Made by a program: the position numbers and the translations under genes
Notes under the pieces: model-generated
Databases searched by the model: none
What the model saw: the letters and a program-made list of their open reading frames with translations, nothing else
Told to the model about the DNA's origin: nothing
In this document: piece by piece, positions 40,262 through 55,454 of the stretch
Layout of the letters: every line of letters begins with the position of its first letter
Numbering within the stretch: position 1 is the stretch's first letter
Source: Octopus sinensis
Lineage: Eukaryota
Reading direction: 5' to 3'
DNA length: 64,000 nt
Assembly: GCF_006345805.1 (NCBI RefSeq)
Contig: NC_043008.1
Coordinates: forward strand, 55,986,001 to 56,050,000

Positions 40262-40800
40262 CGGTTGCTTGATCTTTTAAAAATAGTAGCCAGATCTCTC
40301 TCAAATCACACCCTCCTGTCATAAAAAAAAAGAAGGCCACGTTGAACCAAGGGACCTTCAGTGTGGTTACTTGAAGAGTTGGAAATAGCAGCCAAATCTC
40401 TCCCAAATCACATTCTCTTGTCATAAAAATGGAAGACCACATTGGACCAAGGGATCCTCAATGTATTTTGCTCAACCTGTTTGAAATAGCAGTTAAATAT
40501 CCTTCAAATCAAACCCTGCTGTCTTAATAGAAGGCTGCATTGAACAAAGTGACCCTCTATGTTTGCTTGATTTGTTAGAAATAACAGCCAAATCTCTCTT
40601 AAATCACATCCTCCTGTCATAAAAAAAGAAGGCTACATTGAGCTGAGCTGTGGGATCAACAGTGTGGTCATAATGTTGTTTTATTAGTGGGCATATCTGG
40701 AGTGTCCCAGACTGTGCCTGTCCAGATGCACCCTTCTGTGGTTGCTTGATCTGTTAGAAATAACAGCCAAATTTCCCTTGATTAATATACTCCTTCGTAC
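40262..40800. repeat. Diverged ~100-bp minisatellite (about 5 units) built from a SINE segment
   Basis: GAAATAGCAGCCAAATCTC..AAATCAC..CTGTCATAAAAAA-like unit at about 40265, 40367, 40468, 40563 and 40741. Confidence 0.75.
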
Positions 40801-41233
40801 ACTGGATGAATAAAAGATGCGATGGTTATGACTGGAAGATCTTTGATCATAGTCTGCTGGTTCCTTGGTGATATGTAGTTACCATTTACTAAGAACTTGA
40901 GTATCATTGTTGAATGTCATGTTGTTGACCTCAGGTCAACATTGGTTGACCCCCACCTAAGGCATTCCATCCATTCCAGCCATGGCCATCAGGTCTTTTT
41001 ACATATCTGAAAATACACTGTCCAATCGTTTATCTTTTACTTGTTTCATTCATTGAACCACGGCCATACTGGGGCACTGCCTTGAAAGGTGTTGGTCAAA
41101 GAAATCACCCCAGATACATTTTTTTTGTTAAGACTGGTACTTATCCTATCAGTCTCAGTTGCTGAACTGCTAAGTTATGGGGATGTAAACAAAGCAAAAG
41201 CGGTTGTTAAGTGGTGAAAGTGAGATGTGCTAT

Positions 41234-41272
<39 letters not shown>

Positions 41273-41419
41273 TATCTAGCTGTGTTTCACATAGTTAGAT
41301 AGATGGAGAGAGAGAGAGAGTTTCTGTCTACCAAATTTACTCATGAAGCATTTGTCAGCACAGGGACTGAACCTGAAACCACGTGGTTGCAAATCAAACT
41401 TCTTAACCACACAGCCATA

Positions 41420-42261
41420 CTTCTACATGCATGACAGGCTTCCTCATAGTTTCCATCTACCAAATTTACTCCCAAGGGATTAAGTCAACCTGGGGCTATA
41501 ATAAAAGACACTAGAATTGAACTCAAAACCATGTCTTTGGAAAGTGAGCTTCTTAGCAACACATCCATGCCTGTATGCTATTACAGTGTGTGTGTGTGTG
41601 TGTTAGGATGTTAGTATTGGGGTCTAGGGCTGTTGATTTTCAGTGAAGGTGAGACCTTGCATTTGTAATGACTGTGAGGGTTCTAGTTGTGTGTTGTTCA
41701 CGTCGAAGCGAGTGGAGTGCGATAATGTTTTCTTGGTATGTGCAGTGATTGCGTTTCTTTGCAGTTGGTAGGTTGTGGCTGGAGGAAGACTTAGTTGCTA
41801 TTTATAGCAGGTCGTCTAAACATGTAGAAGCACCCACTTTGGTATGACGGTTTATAGTTTCAGTAGGGACAGACGTGCCCCAAAGACACTCCTAGCCATA
41901 CCATTTTGCCCTCGTGACCCCATGGTTTACGAAATATTCTCCACGTTCCCTTCCCATATGTTTTTATAAACATATCAGGGCATACTTGGAAGTAATTATG
42001 AATGAAAACAGTCTTAGACAAATATTGCTTGTATATCTGCCGCTGTTATCAACTCAACAGATGTTATCTAACCGTTTCTGCAGCTATCGTTTGCAGTAGA
42101 GGTGTCTGAGAGATGATACCATCTTATTTGCATAAACTTTGAAATTACAAGAAAATACCATGAGAACGTGTGTGTTTTACAATTAAACCGACAAGCAAGG
42201 ATGTTGTTGCTTGCTAAGTTTTGCTGAGTTTTGCTAAGTTTTTTTTTTGTATTTTTCTTTT

Positions 42262-42301
<40 letters not shown>

Positions 42302-43780
42302 TTTTTTTTTGTACTTCAGCTGTCACTTGTTGATGTGTTTTTGTTTATTATCTTTTATCTGTTGTCTCTTACTTGTTTTTGTCATTGGACTGCAGCCATG
42401 CTTGGGCCCTGCCTTGAAGGGGTTTCGTTGAATAGATCGTCCATCCCTTCCCCATTTCACCCTGCCCAGTGCTTTTGTTTTCTTGTTTTTAAAATCTGGT
42501 TACTTACTCTATTGATCTTATTTTGTTGGACTGCTAAGTTATGGGGATGTAAATACATTAACACTGGTTGTGGCCCCTACCTGGGACGTAGTCAGTCCAC
42601 CTGTGCATACCTTCCTTCTTGTGACACTTGTGAAGACCTGTTGAGGCAAGTGAAAATCAAACAAAATCAAAATAGATGAACATCAATGGAATTTGTATCT
42701 TTGTGGTACCAGTGCCGGTGGCACACAAGAAAACCATCTGAACGTGGCCATAGCCAGTAGCGCACCGACTGGCCTCCATGCTGTGGGCACGTAACAATCA
42801 CCATCCAATCGTGGCCGATCGCCAGCCTAATCTGGCTCCTGTGTCGGTGGCACATAAAAAACACTATCCGAGCGTGGCCGTTCGCCAGCCTTGTCTGGCA
42901 CCTGTGTCGGTGGCAAATAAAAAACACCATCCGAGCGTGGTCGTCTGCTAGCCTTGTCTGGCACCTGTGTCGGTGGCACATAAAAACACCATCCGAGTGT
43001 GGCTGTTCGCCAGCCTCGTCTGGCCATGTGTCGGTGGCACAAAAAACACCATCCGAGCGTGGTCGTCTGCTAGCCTTGTCTGGCACCGTGTCGGTGGCAC
43101 ATAAAAACACCATCCGAGCGTGGCCGTTCGCAGCTTCGTCTGGCACCTGTGTCGGTGGCACTAAAAAACACCATCCGAGCGTGGCCGTCGCCAGTGTCGG
43201 TGGCACATAAAATCACCCACTACACTCTCGGAGTGGTTGGCGTTAGGAAGGGCATCCAGCTGTAGAAACACTGCCAGATCTGACTGGCCTGGTGCAGCCT
43301 TCGGGCTCCCCAGACCCCAGTTGAACCGTCCAACCCATGCTAGCATGGAAAGCGGACGTTAAAGGATGATGATGATGATGATGATGGTTGTCAAGCAGTA
43401 GTGATTGTAGGGTGGACTAACAGACACACACACATATATACACACACACACACACACACTTCTACATACATGAAGGCTTCCTCATAGTTTTCATCTACCA
43501 AATTTACTCACAAGGGATTAGTCAACCTGGGGCTATATTAAAAGACACTGAAACCGAACTCAAAACCATGTCTTTGGAATGTGAGCTTCTTAGCAACACA
43601 TCCATGCCCGTGTGCTATACAGTGTGTGTGTTAGGATGTTAGTATTGAGGTCTAGGGCTGTTGATTTTCAGCGAATGGGAGACCTTGCATTTGTAGTGAC
43701 TGTGAGGGCTCTAGTTGTGTGTTGTGGAGTACGATACTGTTTTCTTGGTACGTGCACTGATTGTGTCTTTTTGCAGTTGG
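41420..43780. repeat. Older dispersed direct duplication (41420-41768 and 43459-43780)
   Basis: The same SINE-A fragment, (TG)n and unique TTAGGATGTTAGTATTG..GCAGTTGG junction occurs in both, with many substitutions. Confidence 0.85.
42640..43385 (+). mobile_element. RTE 3'-UTR element with expanded ~60-bp internal tandem array
   Basis: About 7 well-conserved plus 2 degenerate units of GGCACCTGTGTCGGTGGCACATAAAAAACACCATCCGAGCGTGG.., then the common 3' block and (GAT)n. Shorter copies lie at 9150-9437, 14700-15030, 16995-17270, 21108-21530(-), 21631-21830(-), 34075-34365, 35292-35560, 38090-38305, 56155-56395(-) and 61410-61690(-). Confidence 0.8.
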
Positions 43781-43842
43781 AGGAGACAAAATTTGCATAA
43801 ATTCAAAGGGATACCAGAGTTGATAAAACGTAGTCAGAGAGA

Positions 43843-43927
<85 letters not shown>

Positions 43928-43949
43928 GAAGGAAGAGAGAAATTGAGTG

Positions 43950-44200
43950 AGTGATTGAATGAGTTCCATAAGCTCAAATAGCAAGGTTGTGATTTCACAG
44001 AAAGCCACTAATTCATGAGATGAGCAATGGGATGATAGATAGAGTCCATAGGTATGTGAGATTTGCCAGGAGATTCATGTATTAGATGTACTTGAAAGCC
44101 TTGTTGATGTTGAGGGCAGCATTGATTCCACCAAATGATTTTGAGAATGAAATCTTAACTGTTGAGTGACATAAACAAGTATTTGTCCAGAATAAACAAC
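43950..44200 (-). mobile_element. Highly degenerate LINE reverse-transcriptase fragment
   Basis: One minus frame reads AALNINKAFKYI*YMNLLANL..S*ISGFL, resembling the ALDISKAFD.VWH..LL.KL..WI..FL motif; multiple stops. Confidence 0.4.
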
Positions 44201-44579
44201 TTTACAAAAGCTGCACTGATGGTCATTAACCTTTACTGCACAGAAGCCAAGTATACTTGGTTCTGTGCATTGAGACATGAAAATCAAGTTAATTCATTTT
44301 CACTCGTGGTGTTGTTCAGTATTCTCCATGTTTCATGTGACAAAGTGCACAATTTCAGCCAATTTTAATGAACCAGTTCATTGTCTGCATATCAGTAGAC
44401 ATGAATTTAATTGGCACATTAAAGAGGAAGAAAGATTCAAGGAGAATGGGATTGTCAATGGCCATGTTCACCCACTTTTGAGATGTGGGAAATGAGTACA
44501 ATAGTTGTTAGGGGCCTGGTTAATTCATTCAGTATTATATGTTTGAAGGGTGGTAGGTGGTATAAGTGGTAAAGAAATG

Positions 44580-45020
44580 ATAAATGATAAAGTTAGGTGG
44601 CAAGCTGGCAGAATCGTTAGCATGCCAGCCGAAATGCTTAGCGGTATTTTGTCTGCTGCTATATTCTGAGTTCAAATTCCGCTGAGGTTGACTTTGCCTT
44701 TCATCTTTTCGGGGTTGATAAATTAAGGACCAGTTATGCACTGAGGTCGATATAATCAACTTAATCCGTTTGTCTGTCCTTGTTTGTCCCCTTTGTGTTT
44801 AGCCCCTTGTGGATAGTAAAGAAATAGAAATAGGTATTTTGTCTGTCTTTACGTTCTGAGTTCAAATTCCGCCGAGGTTGACTTTGCCTTTCATCCTTTC
44901 AAGGTCGATAAATTAAGTACCAGTTACGCACTGGGGTCGATGTAATCGACTTAATCCCTTTGTCTGTCCTTGTTTGTCCTCTTTATATTTAGCCCCTTGT
45001 GGGCACTAAAGAAATAAGAA
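44580..45020 (+). mobile_element. Two head-to-tail copies of tRNA-derived SINE family D; representative
   Basis: GGTGGCAAGCTGGCAGAATCGTTAGC..TTCTGAGTTCAAATTCCGCCGAGGTTGACTTTGCCTTTCATCC... More than 12 copies in the window, e.g. 15350-15545(-), 28845-29075(-), 30935-31150, 46490-46712, 47330-47590, 59665-59875. Confidence 0.8.
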
Positions 45021-45283
45021 ATGGTGAAGTTTGTGGTGTTTGGTTACATTCCTTTGCATTCTGAGTTCAAATGCTGCCAGAGTTGAATCAGAGCTACCTC
45101 TCCTTTTTCCATGTGTCAGTGAAATACCAGTTAAATTACTTGGCGTTTGATCTCATTGAATGTTTCCTTTCCATGTCATAGTTCTGACCTCATGTTTGTC
45201 CTACGTTTGAAATCTGATTTAATATGTTGTAATATTTTACTGTAATGATTTGTTAAATTAATTATCGTTAATTTTATTTGCAG

Positions 45284-45346
45284 TGCTATTGTGGAGAAAT
45301 ACTTATTGGAAAAATCTAGAATTGTTTCTCAAGCAAAAAATGAAAG
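45284..45346 (+). CDS. MYO9: Myosin IX exon B ((G)AIVEKYLLEKSRIVSQAKNE(R))
   Basis: TTTGCAG acceptor, AG|GTAAGT donor, 63 nt, phase 2 to 2. Completes the GG+T Gly codon from exon A and carries the conserved YLLEKSR motif. Confidence 0.95.
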
Positions 45347-45649
45347 GTAAGTTATCTTATATTCTTATATTCTACAATAATGACTTGGAGTAATAAGTGG
45401 TCTCTAAATTCCTTTCTATCCACACAACTGGGGCCCAAGTCTTGCCAGGTAGCTGAATTTTCTAGATATCCGATTATCTGATTCAGATTACCACAGTGCT
45501 TTGCAAAACTCATTAAGACCCTATATACACATTAGTATTATTATTAATACAAAAAGAATACAAGAACAAACTCCATCTGACTTGCTGCTGAAACCCTTTT
45601 AAAACACATCATACACCTTTATGCTCACTCTTCGTTGTATTTCTCAGTA

Positions 45650-45991
45650 GTAAAGTGTCAAAGTTTTGTTGTACTCCTACAACCCAAACACCGACAGAAA
45701 ACAGCACAGCTCCCATGACTTCCGGAAACATTTTTTCATGCTAAGAGTTGCTGAAGCATGGAACAAACTGCCGGCATCAGTTGTTAGTTGTCGGAGCACT
45801 GCATCCTTCAAAACTTCCATGCTTCCTGAGATTCGCCAACACTACACCTGATTTCCTCCCCTCCATACACACGCAAGCATGTATCCGACTCCTACACTGT
45901 TCACTTGCCAGACATTTGCACATTACTGCATATGCTTTATACGCACTTTTGACAAGCTGTGGTGCATCTTAGCACTGTATACAATAATTCC

Positions 45992-46024
<33 letters not shown>

Positions 46025-46043
46025 GTAATAATAATAATAATAA
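45650..46043 (+). mobile_element. CR1/L2-group LINE 3' end with (AAT)n tail
   Basis: RKHFFMLRVAEAWNKLPASVVSCRSTASFKTSM matches the FF..RV...WN.LP..VV...S...FK C-terminal motif; followed by a UTR and (AAT)n. Confidence 0.8.
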
Positions 46044-47192
46044 TTCCTCTGTAAAACCACTTGCCAAATAAGTACAACTCTGAAACAAATTCTTGTGTTT
46101 CAGTTTGATTTCTTTTCGTTTACTTGTGTCACTCATTGGATTGCAGCCATGCTAGGGCACCACCTTGCAAGGTTTAGTCAAACAGCCAAACCCCTAAGTT
46201 ATGGGGTACTATCATACAGTGGAACTGAATCAGGAGCCATGTGGTTTGGAAGCAAACTTCTTACCACACAATGATGCCTGATAATAGCCAGAGGCATGGC
46301 TGTGTGGTTAAGAAGCTTGTTACCCAATCACTTGGTCCTGGGTTCAGTCCCACTGCATGTCACCTTGGGCAAATGTTGTCTGCTATAGTCAGGTCGACGG
46401 AATCTTTATCAGTGGATATAATTGATAGAAATTGAAAGAAGCCTGTTGTATATGTGTGTGTGTGTATGTTTCATATATCGTTTATGGAAGGCGGCGAGCT
46501 GGCAGACACGTTAGCGCGCGCTGGGCAAAATGCTTAGTGGTATTTCATCCCTCGTTACGTTCTGAGTTCAAATTTTGCCGAGGTCGACTTTGCTTTTCAT
46601 GCTTTCGGGGTCGATATATAAAGTACCAGTTTCGTACTGTAATCAACTTAATCCCTTTGTCTGTCCTTGTTTGTCCCCTCTATGTTTAGCCCCTTGTGGG
46701 CAATTAAGAAATATATATCGTTTATGTTTGTTCTGCCCTTATTGTTTAACACCTGGTCCCGGTGCCACTTTGTTTGACTAAGCCCTCCAAGGCCGTGCCT
46801 TAGTACGGTCGCAGTCTCATGACTGAAACAAACAGGAGGTGCAACTGGGAACTGTTCAAAGACAGCCTTACTACGTAGTACAACACGGAAGAGAGCCCTT
46901 CCCTTGTTTATCCTTTTAAAAGCAACAGGATGCGATTTGATGGCTATCTCACTCTTCATTTCTTCTGATCAACTGACCACTTTGGGACTTCTCCCTTATT
47001 GCTTTATGCTAGGTTATTGTAAGGTTATGTTTCATATAAGGAATAATGTTGCACAGACCTTTGCTATTGTCTATAAAGTAAACAGCTGAAACAAATTCAA
47101 GGACGTTGTATAAACGATACAGCAAAAATAGAGATTGTATTACAAGTTGCTGAAGAAAAAAATACAAATAGCTTAATACATTATTATTATCA

Positions 47193-47255
<63 letters not shown>

Positions 47256-47279
47256 TATTATTATTATTATTATTATTAT

Positions 47280-49393
<2,114 letters not shown>

Positions 49394-51268
49394 TTTATTT
49401 TTGTTGTTGTTGTTATTTAAGTCGGTGATCTGACATGGTGGTGCATAGCCTTGAAGTGATTTATCAAACAAATCAAACTCAGTATTTATACTCTTTGTTA
49501 TTAAGTTGGGCACTTAAGTCTGTTGGTCTCTTTTGCTGCAGTGCTTCATTATGGAGTTGTAAATAAACCAACATTGGTTATCAATCAGTGTGTGTGTGTG
49601 TGTGTGACAAACACAGGCATAAAATCACACACACCTAGACATCGTGTGTGTGTTTGTATGATATGGGCTTCAACACAGTTTCCCGCTAACAAATTGATTT
49701 GCAAAGTATTGGTTGGCCTGAGACTGTAGTAGAAAACACCTGCCATCACCACCACCACCACCACCACCATGACAACCATCATCGCCCCTACCACCTTCTC
49801 AATCACCGCTGCAACCTCCCCACAACCACCGCTCCAGTGACCACCACCACCACCACCATCACCTTTAGTTAGATGTAATGTTGAGTAATTACTTACTGAG
49901 AGATTTGTCAACTGCTTTAAAATACAGGCTTCACTTTGTGCATGCATGTATGTGACCAAATTGTACACTTGCAACTTGTTTATACTGTTATGAGAATGGC
50001 TTTGAGTGGCAGCGGCGGAATGCTTATGTCATCAGATGGCAAAGGTAGTCTTTGTTGATCTAAGAATCTTAGTTCAGAACCAACTCCAGTGGCCGTTTGG
50101 TTGGCTGTCGAGCTTTCTGAACTGCAGCCTTCTGTTGTTGACACTGCGGTACCTGTCACATGTTGGTTGGGGCCTTCTTCCCTGTCCCCTTCCAACTCCC
50201 CCGGTTTGTTTACATTTGCTTCATTTACTCTGCAATTTTTTACCTGTTGCGTTGCTCTCGTTGCCATGGTGATATTTAAGGGTGTGTGCAGGCCAGTGGC
50301 TCTGGTGATTGTGAAATGCTTAGCTTAAAACTTAGGCTTCTCTCTCTCTCTCTCTCTTTTTACTTGTTTCAGTCATTTTTGACTGCGGCCATGCTGGAGC
50401 ACTGCCTTTAATCCAGCAACTCGACCCCGGGACTTATTCTTTGTAAGCCCAGTACTTATTCTATCAGTCTCTTTTGCCGAATCGCTAAGTGACGGGGACA
50501 TAAACACACCAGCATTGGTTGTCAAGCAATACCAGGGGGACAAACACAAACACACACGCACACACATATATATATATATACATATATACGACAGGCTTCT
50601 TTCAGTTTCCGTCTACCAAATCCACTCACAAGGCTTTGGTCGGCCCGAGGCTATAGTAGAAGACACTAGCCCATGGTGCCACGCAGTGGGACTGAACCCG
50701 GAACCATGTGGTTGGTAAACAAGCTACTTACCACACAGCCACTCCTGCTTGTTAACTAGTTTGGGAAGTTTTTTTTACCTGAGACTGTCTCTCTTGGAAG
50801 TGTTTATATCTTTTATGTTTTACCTGTCTTAGTTATGGAACTGTGGCCATGCTGGAGCACCACTTGAACAAATTGGTCCAAGTGCTTATTTTATGGTTTT
50901 TGTTCTTGTTTTTTTTTTTAAAGCCTGGTACTTATTCTATCAGTCTCTTTTGCTGAACTGTAAAGACATGGGGATGTAAACAAACTATAGGCGTGTGGTT
51001 GTGTGGTGTGGTAAGAAGCTAGCTCCCTGACTGACATGGCTCCAGGTTCATTCCCACTGCTTGGCAAGTGTCTTTTACTAAAACCTCATTTGGGCTGACC
51101 AAAAGCCTTGTGAGAGGATATGGCAGATGGAAACTGAAAGAAGCTCATGTTGTAAGATTTGTCACATATGTTGAAGAGCAGAGTGTCAAGTGGGTATTCA
51201 TGTTGTTGGCCCTTCTAGGGTTATCTTCCTCAGTACCACTACCACCATTACTGCTACCATCATCAACC

Positions 51269-51342
<74 letters not shown>

Positions 51343-51626
51343 ACCGCCACCACCACCACCACCATGTCTGTCTGTTGGCCCCTGCCATTACCCATGTTGT
51401 GATTGTTTCTGTTCCTAGCAGCAGCAGTGTATTTATGTGTGTCTTTGTGTTTGTGTTTACCCACATACATACACACACACACACACTGTCACTTGACAAT
51501 TGGTGTTGGCTTCTTTATGTCCCTGAAACTTAGCAGTTTGGCAAAAAGACCCTGATAGAATAAGTACTAGGCTTACAAAGAATAAGTACTGGGGTTGAAT
51601 TTGCTCGACTAAAGGCGGTGCTCCAG

Positions 51627-51661
<35 letters not shown>

Positions 51662-52715
51662 TTAGTGACAGTAAGGTGTGATTTGGCTGCTATTTCTAGC
51701 AGTTTGAATGACCACATAGAGGCTCAGTCATCAGTGGCCATGAATTGGAAGTTTTCTAGGGTGTCTCATCCAGATATAGTTATAAGATATTAATATAAGC
51801 CATTCCTACACTCAGCATGCAAGAACAATTTATTTTTATTTTCGATGATATCAACTGGTATTTAAGAAAAACAAGCAAAAAAACACAAAAAACAAAAACG
51901 AAGGAAAGCAAAAGTTCTCCACAAAAACAAAAAAGAACTTTTTGATAATTTCATTCGTTATCATGTTGCATCTATGCTTGGCTGTCGGTCTCGTCTGATA
52001 AATATCTTCCATAAATATCCTAATCTATTTAAATAGCCAACATTATTTATTTAGAAGGCATAATTTCAGCCACTCCATTTCAAGATTGTTTTTCACACTT
52101 CACCTGGTTTTTTTCTGCTTAATGTGAAACATAGGAAGATGTCTCAGCCAATTATTTTGGTCCAGAAAGTTCTATATTCCTGTCTATGTGTGACTGTTGT
52201 TGTTTTTGTTTAGCCCCAGGTTCGATGTAATGGAGCAAACTTATGGCTAAAAGCATTCCAAACAGAACAACCTGTTTTTTTTTTTTTCTTTTACTTCTTT
52301 TAGATTGATAGGTTATAACTTGAGGGGAAATTTGGTTGCTATTTCTAGCAGTTTGTGTAACCACATTCAAGCGCCCCAAACTCCGCTGAGGTTGACCTTG
52401 CCTTTCATTTTTCCGGGATTGATAAAATAAGTACCAGTTGAGTACTGGGGATCAATGTAATTGACTTACCCTCCCCCCCTAAATTGCTGGCCTTGTGTCA
52501 AAATCTGAAACCAGTATCTATATTTAGTTCACAGATGAGATCCAGCGATTCTCTGTATATCAGACACTTGATAGTGCTCAAAAGACTCAAACCATGACTC
52601 TGATGTCTTTACATAATTGCCCCCCCCCCCCCTCTCTCTATATATATATATAGAAGCATTGGAGAGTTGCTTGCACCAGCAGTTGGAGAACTGTTGCTAC
52701 TGCTCCTACTGCTAC

Positions 52716-53088
52716 TTGTTTGTTTGTTTGTTTGTTGAGCGAAGCGGTCTTCGTCCTAGAAGTTCGAAACGTGGTCCTTTGCTATTCGTAAGACCTGAAG
52801 AAGAGAAAGCAGGTCAGCCCCCGACACCGAGAGCATCGACGGATGGATGAATGCGCATCCAGGCTCAGCGGTTGCGTAGGAAGTCGGAGACAAGAAACAG
52901 GAAGAAAGAGTATGAGAAAGTTGGAGCGAAAGAGTACAACAGGGGTCGCCACCACCCCCTGCCGGAGCCTCGTAGAGCTTTAGGTGTTTTCGCTCAATAA
53001 ACACACACAACGCCTGGTCTGGGAATTGAAACCGTGATTCTCCGACCGCAAGTCCGCTGCCCTAACCACTGGGCCATTGCGCCTCCAC
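52716..53088 (-). mobile_element. tRNA-derived SINE family H, 3' module type 3 with (AAAC)n tail
   Basis: Full head, core and tail; colinear with the copy at 58656-59034. Confidence 0.85.
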
Positions 53089-53174
53089 TGCTACTGCTGC
53101 AAACCTGAACACTGAGCAGTTTAAATAAAATAACAAAATTGGTGTAACTAGACATTTCTTGGACTAACTTCATT

Positions 53175-53255
53175 AGCTAATAGCTGTTTCTGCTATACGG
53201 TGTAATGCACTCGTAGTTGAATGAAACTGTGTCAGCCTATAGCTTCATCAGAGCT
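53175..53255 (-). ncRNA. Type-I hammerhead-like motif (decayed)
   Basis: Minus strand AGCT CTGATGA A GCTATA..TATAGC A GAA AC AGCT AT T AGCT. Confidence 0.55.
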
Positions 53256-53387
53256 TCAAACACGAAGTGCAATGTTTGCAGCTTCGATGAAATAGGCAGG
53301 TAGTAGATAGAAAAATGTGTAGATAGATAGATATTTAGGTAGATAAGTAGAGGTACATGACTTGATAGATAGATAGATGGATGAACG

Positions 53388-53527
<140 letters not shown>

Positions 53528-53606
53528 TAATTCTGCATATGATACTTCAGTTGTTATTTCCGATTGGATGTTCAATTAATTTTGTTTTTTTATTTCTTGC
53601 TTCCAG

Positions 53607-53706
53607 GAATTACCATGTCTTTTATTATCTTCTGAAAGGAGCCTCTGCAGAAGAACGAAGTTTTCTTCATTTACACGATGCCACGGAGTATCATTACCTT
53701 TCTCAG
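53607..53706 (+). CDS. MYO9: Myosin IX exon C (NYHVFYYLLKGASAEERSFLHLHDATEYHYLSQ)
   Basis: TTCCAG acceptor, CAG|GTAACA donor, 100 nt, phase 2 to 0. AG+G forms Arg, giving the ERNYHVFYYLL motif. Confidence 0.95.
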
Positions 53707-55454
53707 GTAACATTGCCACCTTCAGGCAAAATTACACTGTTTCTAAACCCTTTATTCTTCCTCTTTACTACCATTTTCTTTCACTCCCTAGAATACCAAC
53801 TGACTTGAACACAATACACATGACCACAAATTATGGTTTGGGAACAGTTAATTGAAATGATCTTTACTTGTGTTATAGACCCCAGCAGGATAAAAGGGAA
53901 GGTCAGCTGCAATGGGGATTGAACTCAGAGTCAGAAGTGACTGGACTGAATACTGTAAAATAATTTTGTCTGACACTGTGAGTTCTGCTGTATAGATCTC
54001 AAGCAATTTCAAACACTCTATACTTTCCAACCACATGGTTCCTTTTTCAGTCCCACTGCATGGTACCATGAGCTATTGTCTTCTACAATAGCCCTGGGCT
54101 GACCAAAGCCTTGGGAGTGGGTTTAGTTCATGGAAACTGAGAGAAACCCATCTTTGACTGAAGAATTGCAATATTCAATGACTAATCCATTAGAGGGTCC
54201 AGCACCACCACTACCACCATCATAGTTCCATCCATCCATCCATTCATTTTTCTACCATGTGTCTCTTCAGAGTCCTCAGGTACCTCCTCCATAAGCTCCT
54301 ATCAGAAGTGACTGTCATTACACGTCCCAACTGTATTCTCAAGTGTTGGCACCTTGGGCAAGTGTCTTCTCCGATAGCCTCAGGTCAACCAAAGCCTTGT
54401 AAGTGGATTTAGCAGATGGAAACTAAAAGAAGCCCATCATATATAAATATATAAAAAAAATAATAAAAACTGAAAGTTAGTTAGAGGTTTAGTCGCAATT
54501 TTTCAGATTCTGTATTTCTTATTAAAAAAAAGAAAAGCGAAAGAAGTCTTTAATTACCCTATTTTTAATTATTTACTTAAAATTTAAACCAATCAGAAAT
54601 ATTTGCTCCACATTTGCACTCTTCAAGCAACAAAAAGACAAAAAAAAAGAAAAAAATGTTTGTTTACTTTTATATATATATGAAAAATACAAAAAAATGT
54701 TCAAATCAGAAAAACCGTGAAATTATTTTTTATATAGAAAAGAGATCTTTGAAAACTGGATGTCTTTTATACTAGTTTTTCTTTTAAACATTTCTCCTCA
54801 AAGAATAAATCAATGTTTATTTTCCCCTTCCTATATAACTGTTGTCGTCATCATCATCATCATCATCGTTGTTGTTGTTGTTAGGTAGGTCTAATAATTG
54901 AGTTCTTAGTGTTTGTCTATGATATGAAATACAGAGTTTTGCTAATGGCAACTGAGTAAACATCCATACTTTCTTTTAAATCTATCAATTATATGCGTCT
55001 CCTTTTTCATTTGCATCAGTAGTGTAATGATATACATTTGTGTGTATATGTATATAACTACATAGGTAGATAAATCTATCTGGGTCATTTTCTTTTCACA
55101 CTCATCACCACGAATGTCTTAAACAGTTGCTCAACTTGAGTGTAATCCAAGGTTATTTAGTCTTCACTTATATGAAAACAAACGCTGAATGTAAATATTG
55201 TTCCAATATATATTTCTTAATTTAATAAGAATACTAAACTTGTTCTCAAAATAATGTTATTAATTCTCAGAGCGTAACCATTTATCATCTATATGTTTCT
55301 TGCCTGTTTTGTCCATATTAGTGTTAGCTTTTTATAATGAGTCTTTTCGTTAACTTATCTAGTCATTTATTCTGATGTCATTTTAAAATCTTCTTACCCT
55401 TATCCATAGAAGTGGGCTCTCTTTCTTGTTTTGTCTCCTGTTGGATCCCTGCTT

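Noticed and set aside
42775-43205. CRISPR-like regular repeat array
   Set aside because: Units are contiguous with no unique spacers, there are no cas genes, and the array lies within an RTE 3' UTR in eukaryotic DNA.
52765-52815. Type-II hammerhead from GAAAC..GTC..CTGAAGA
   Set aside because: Stem I cannot close at the core. The segment is better explained as the antisense of stem-loops in the SINE tail.
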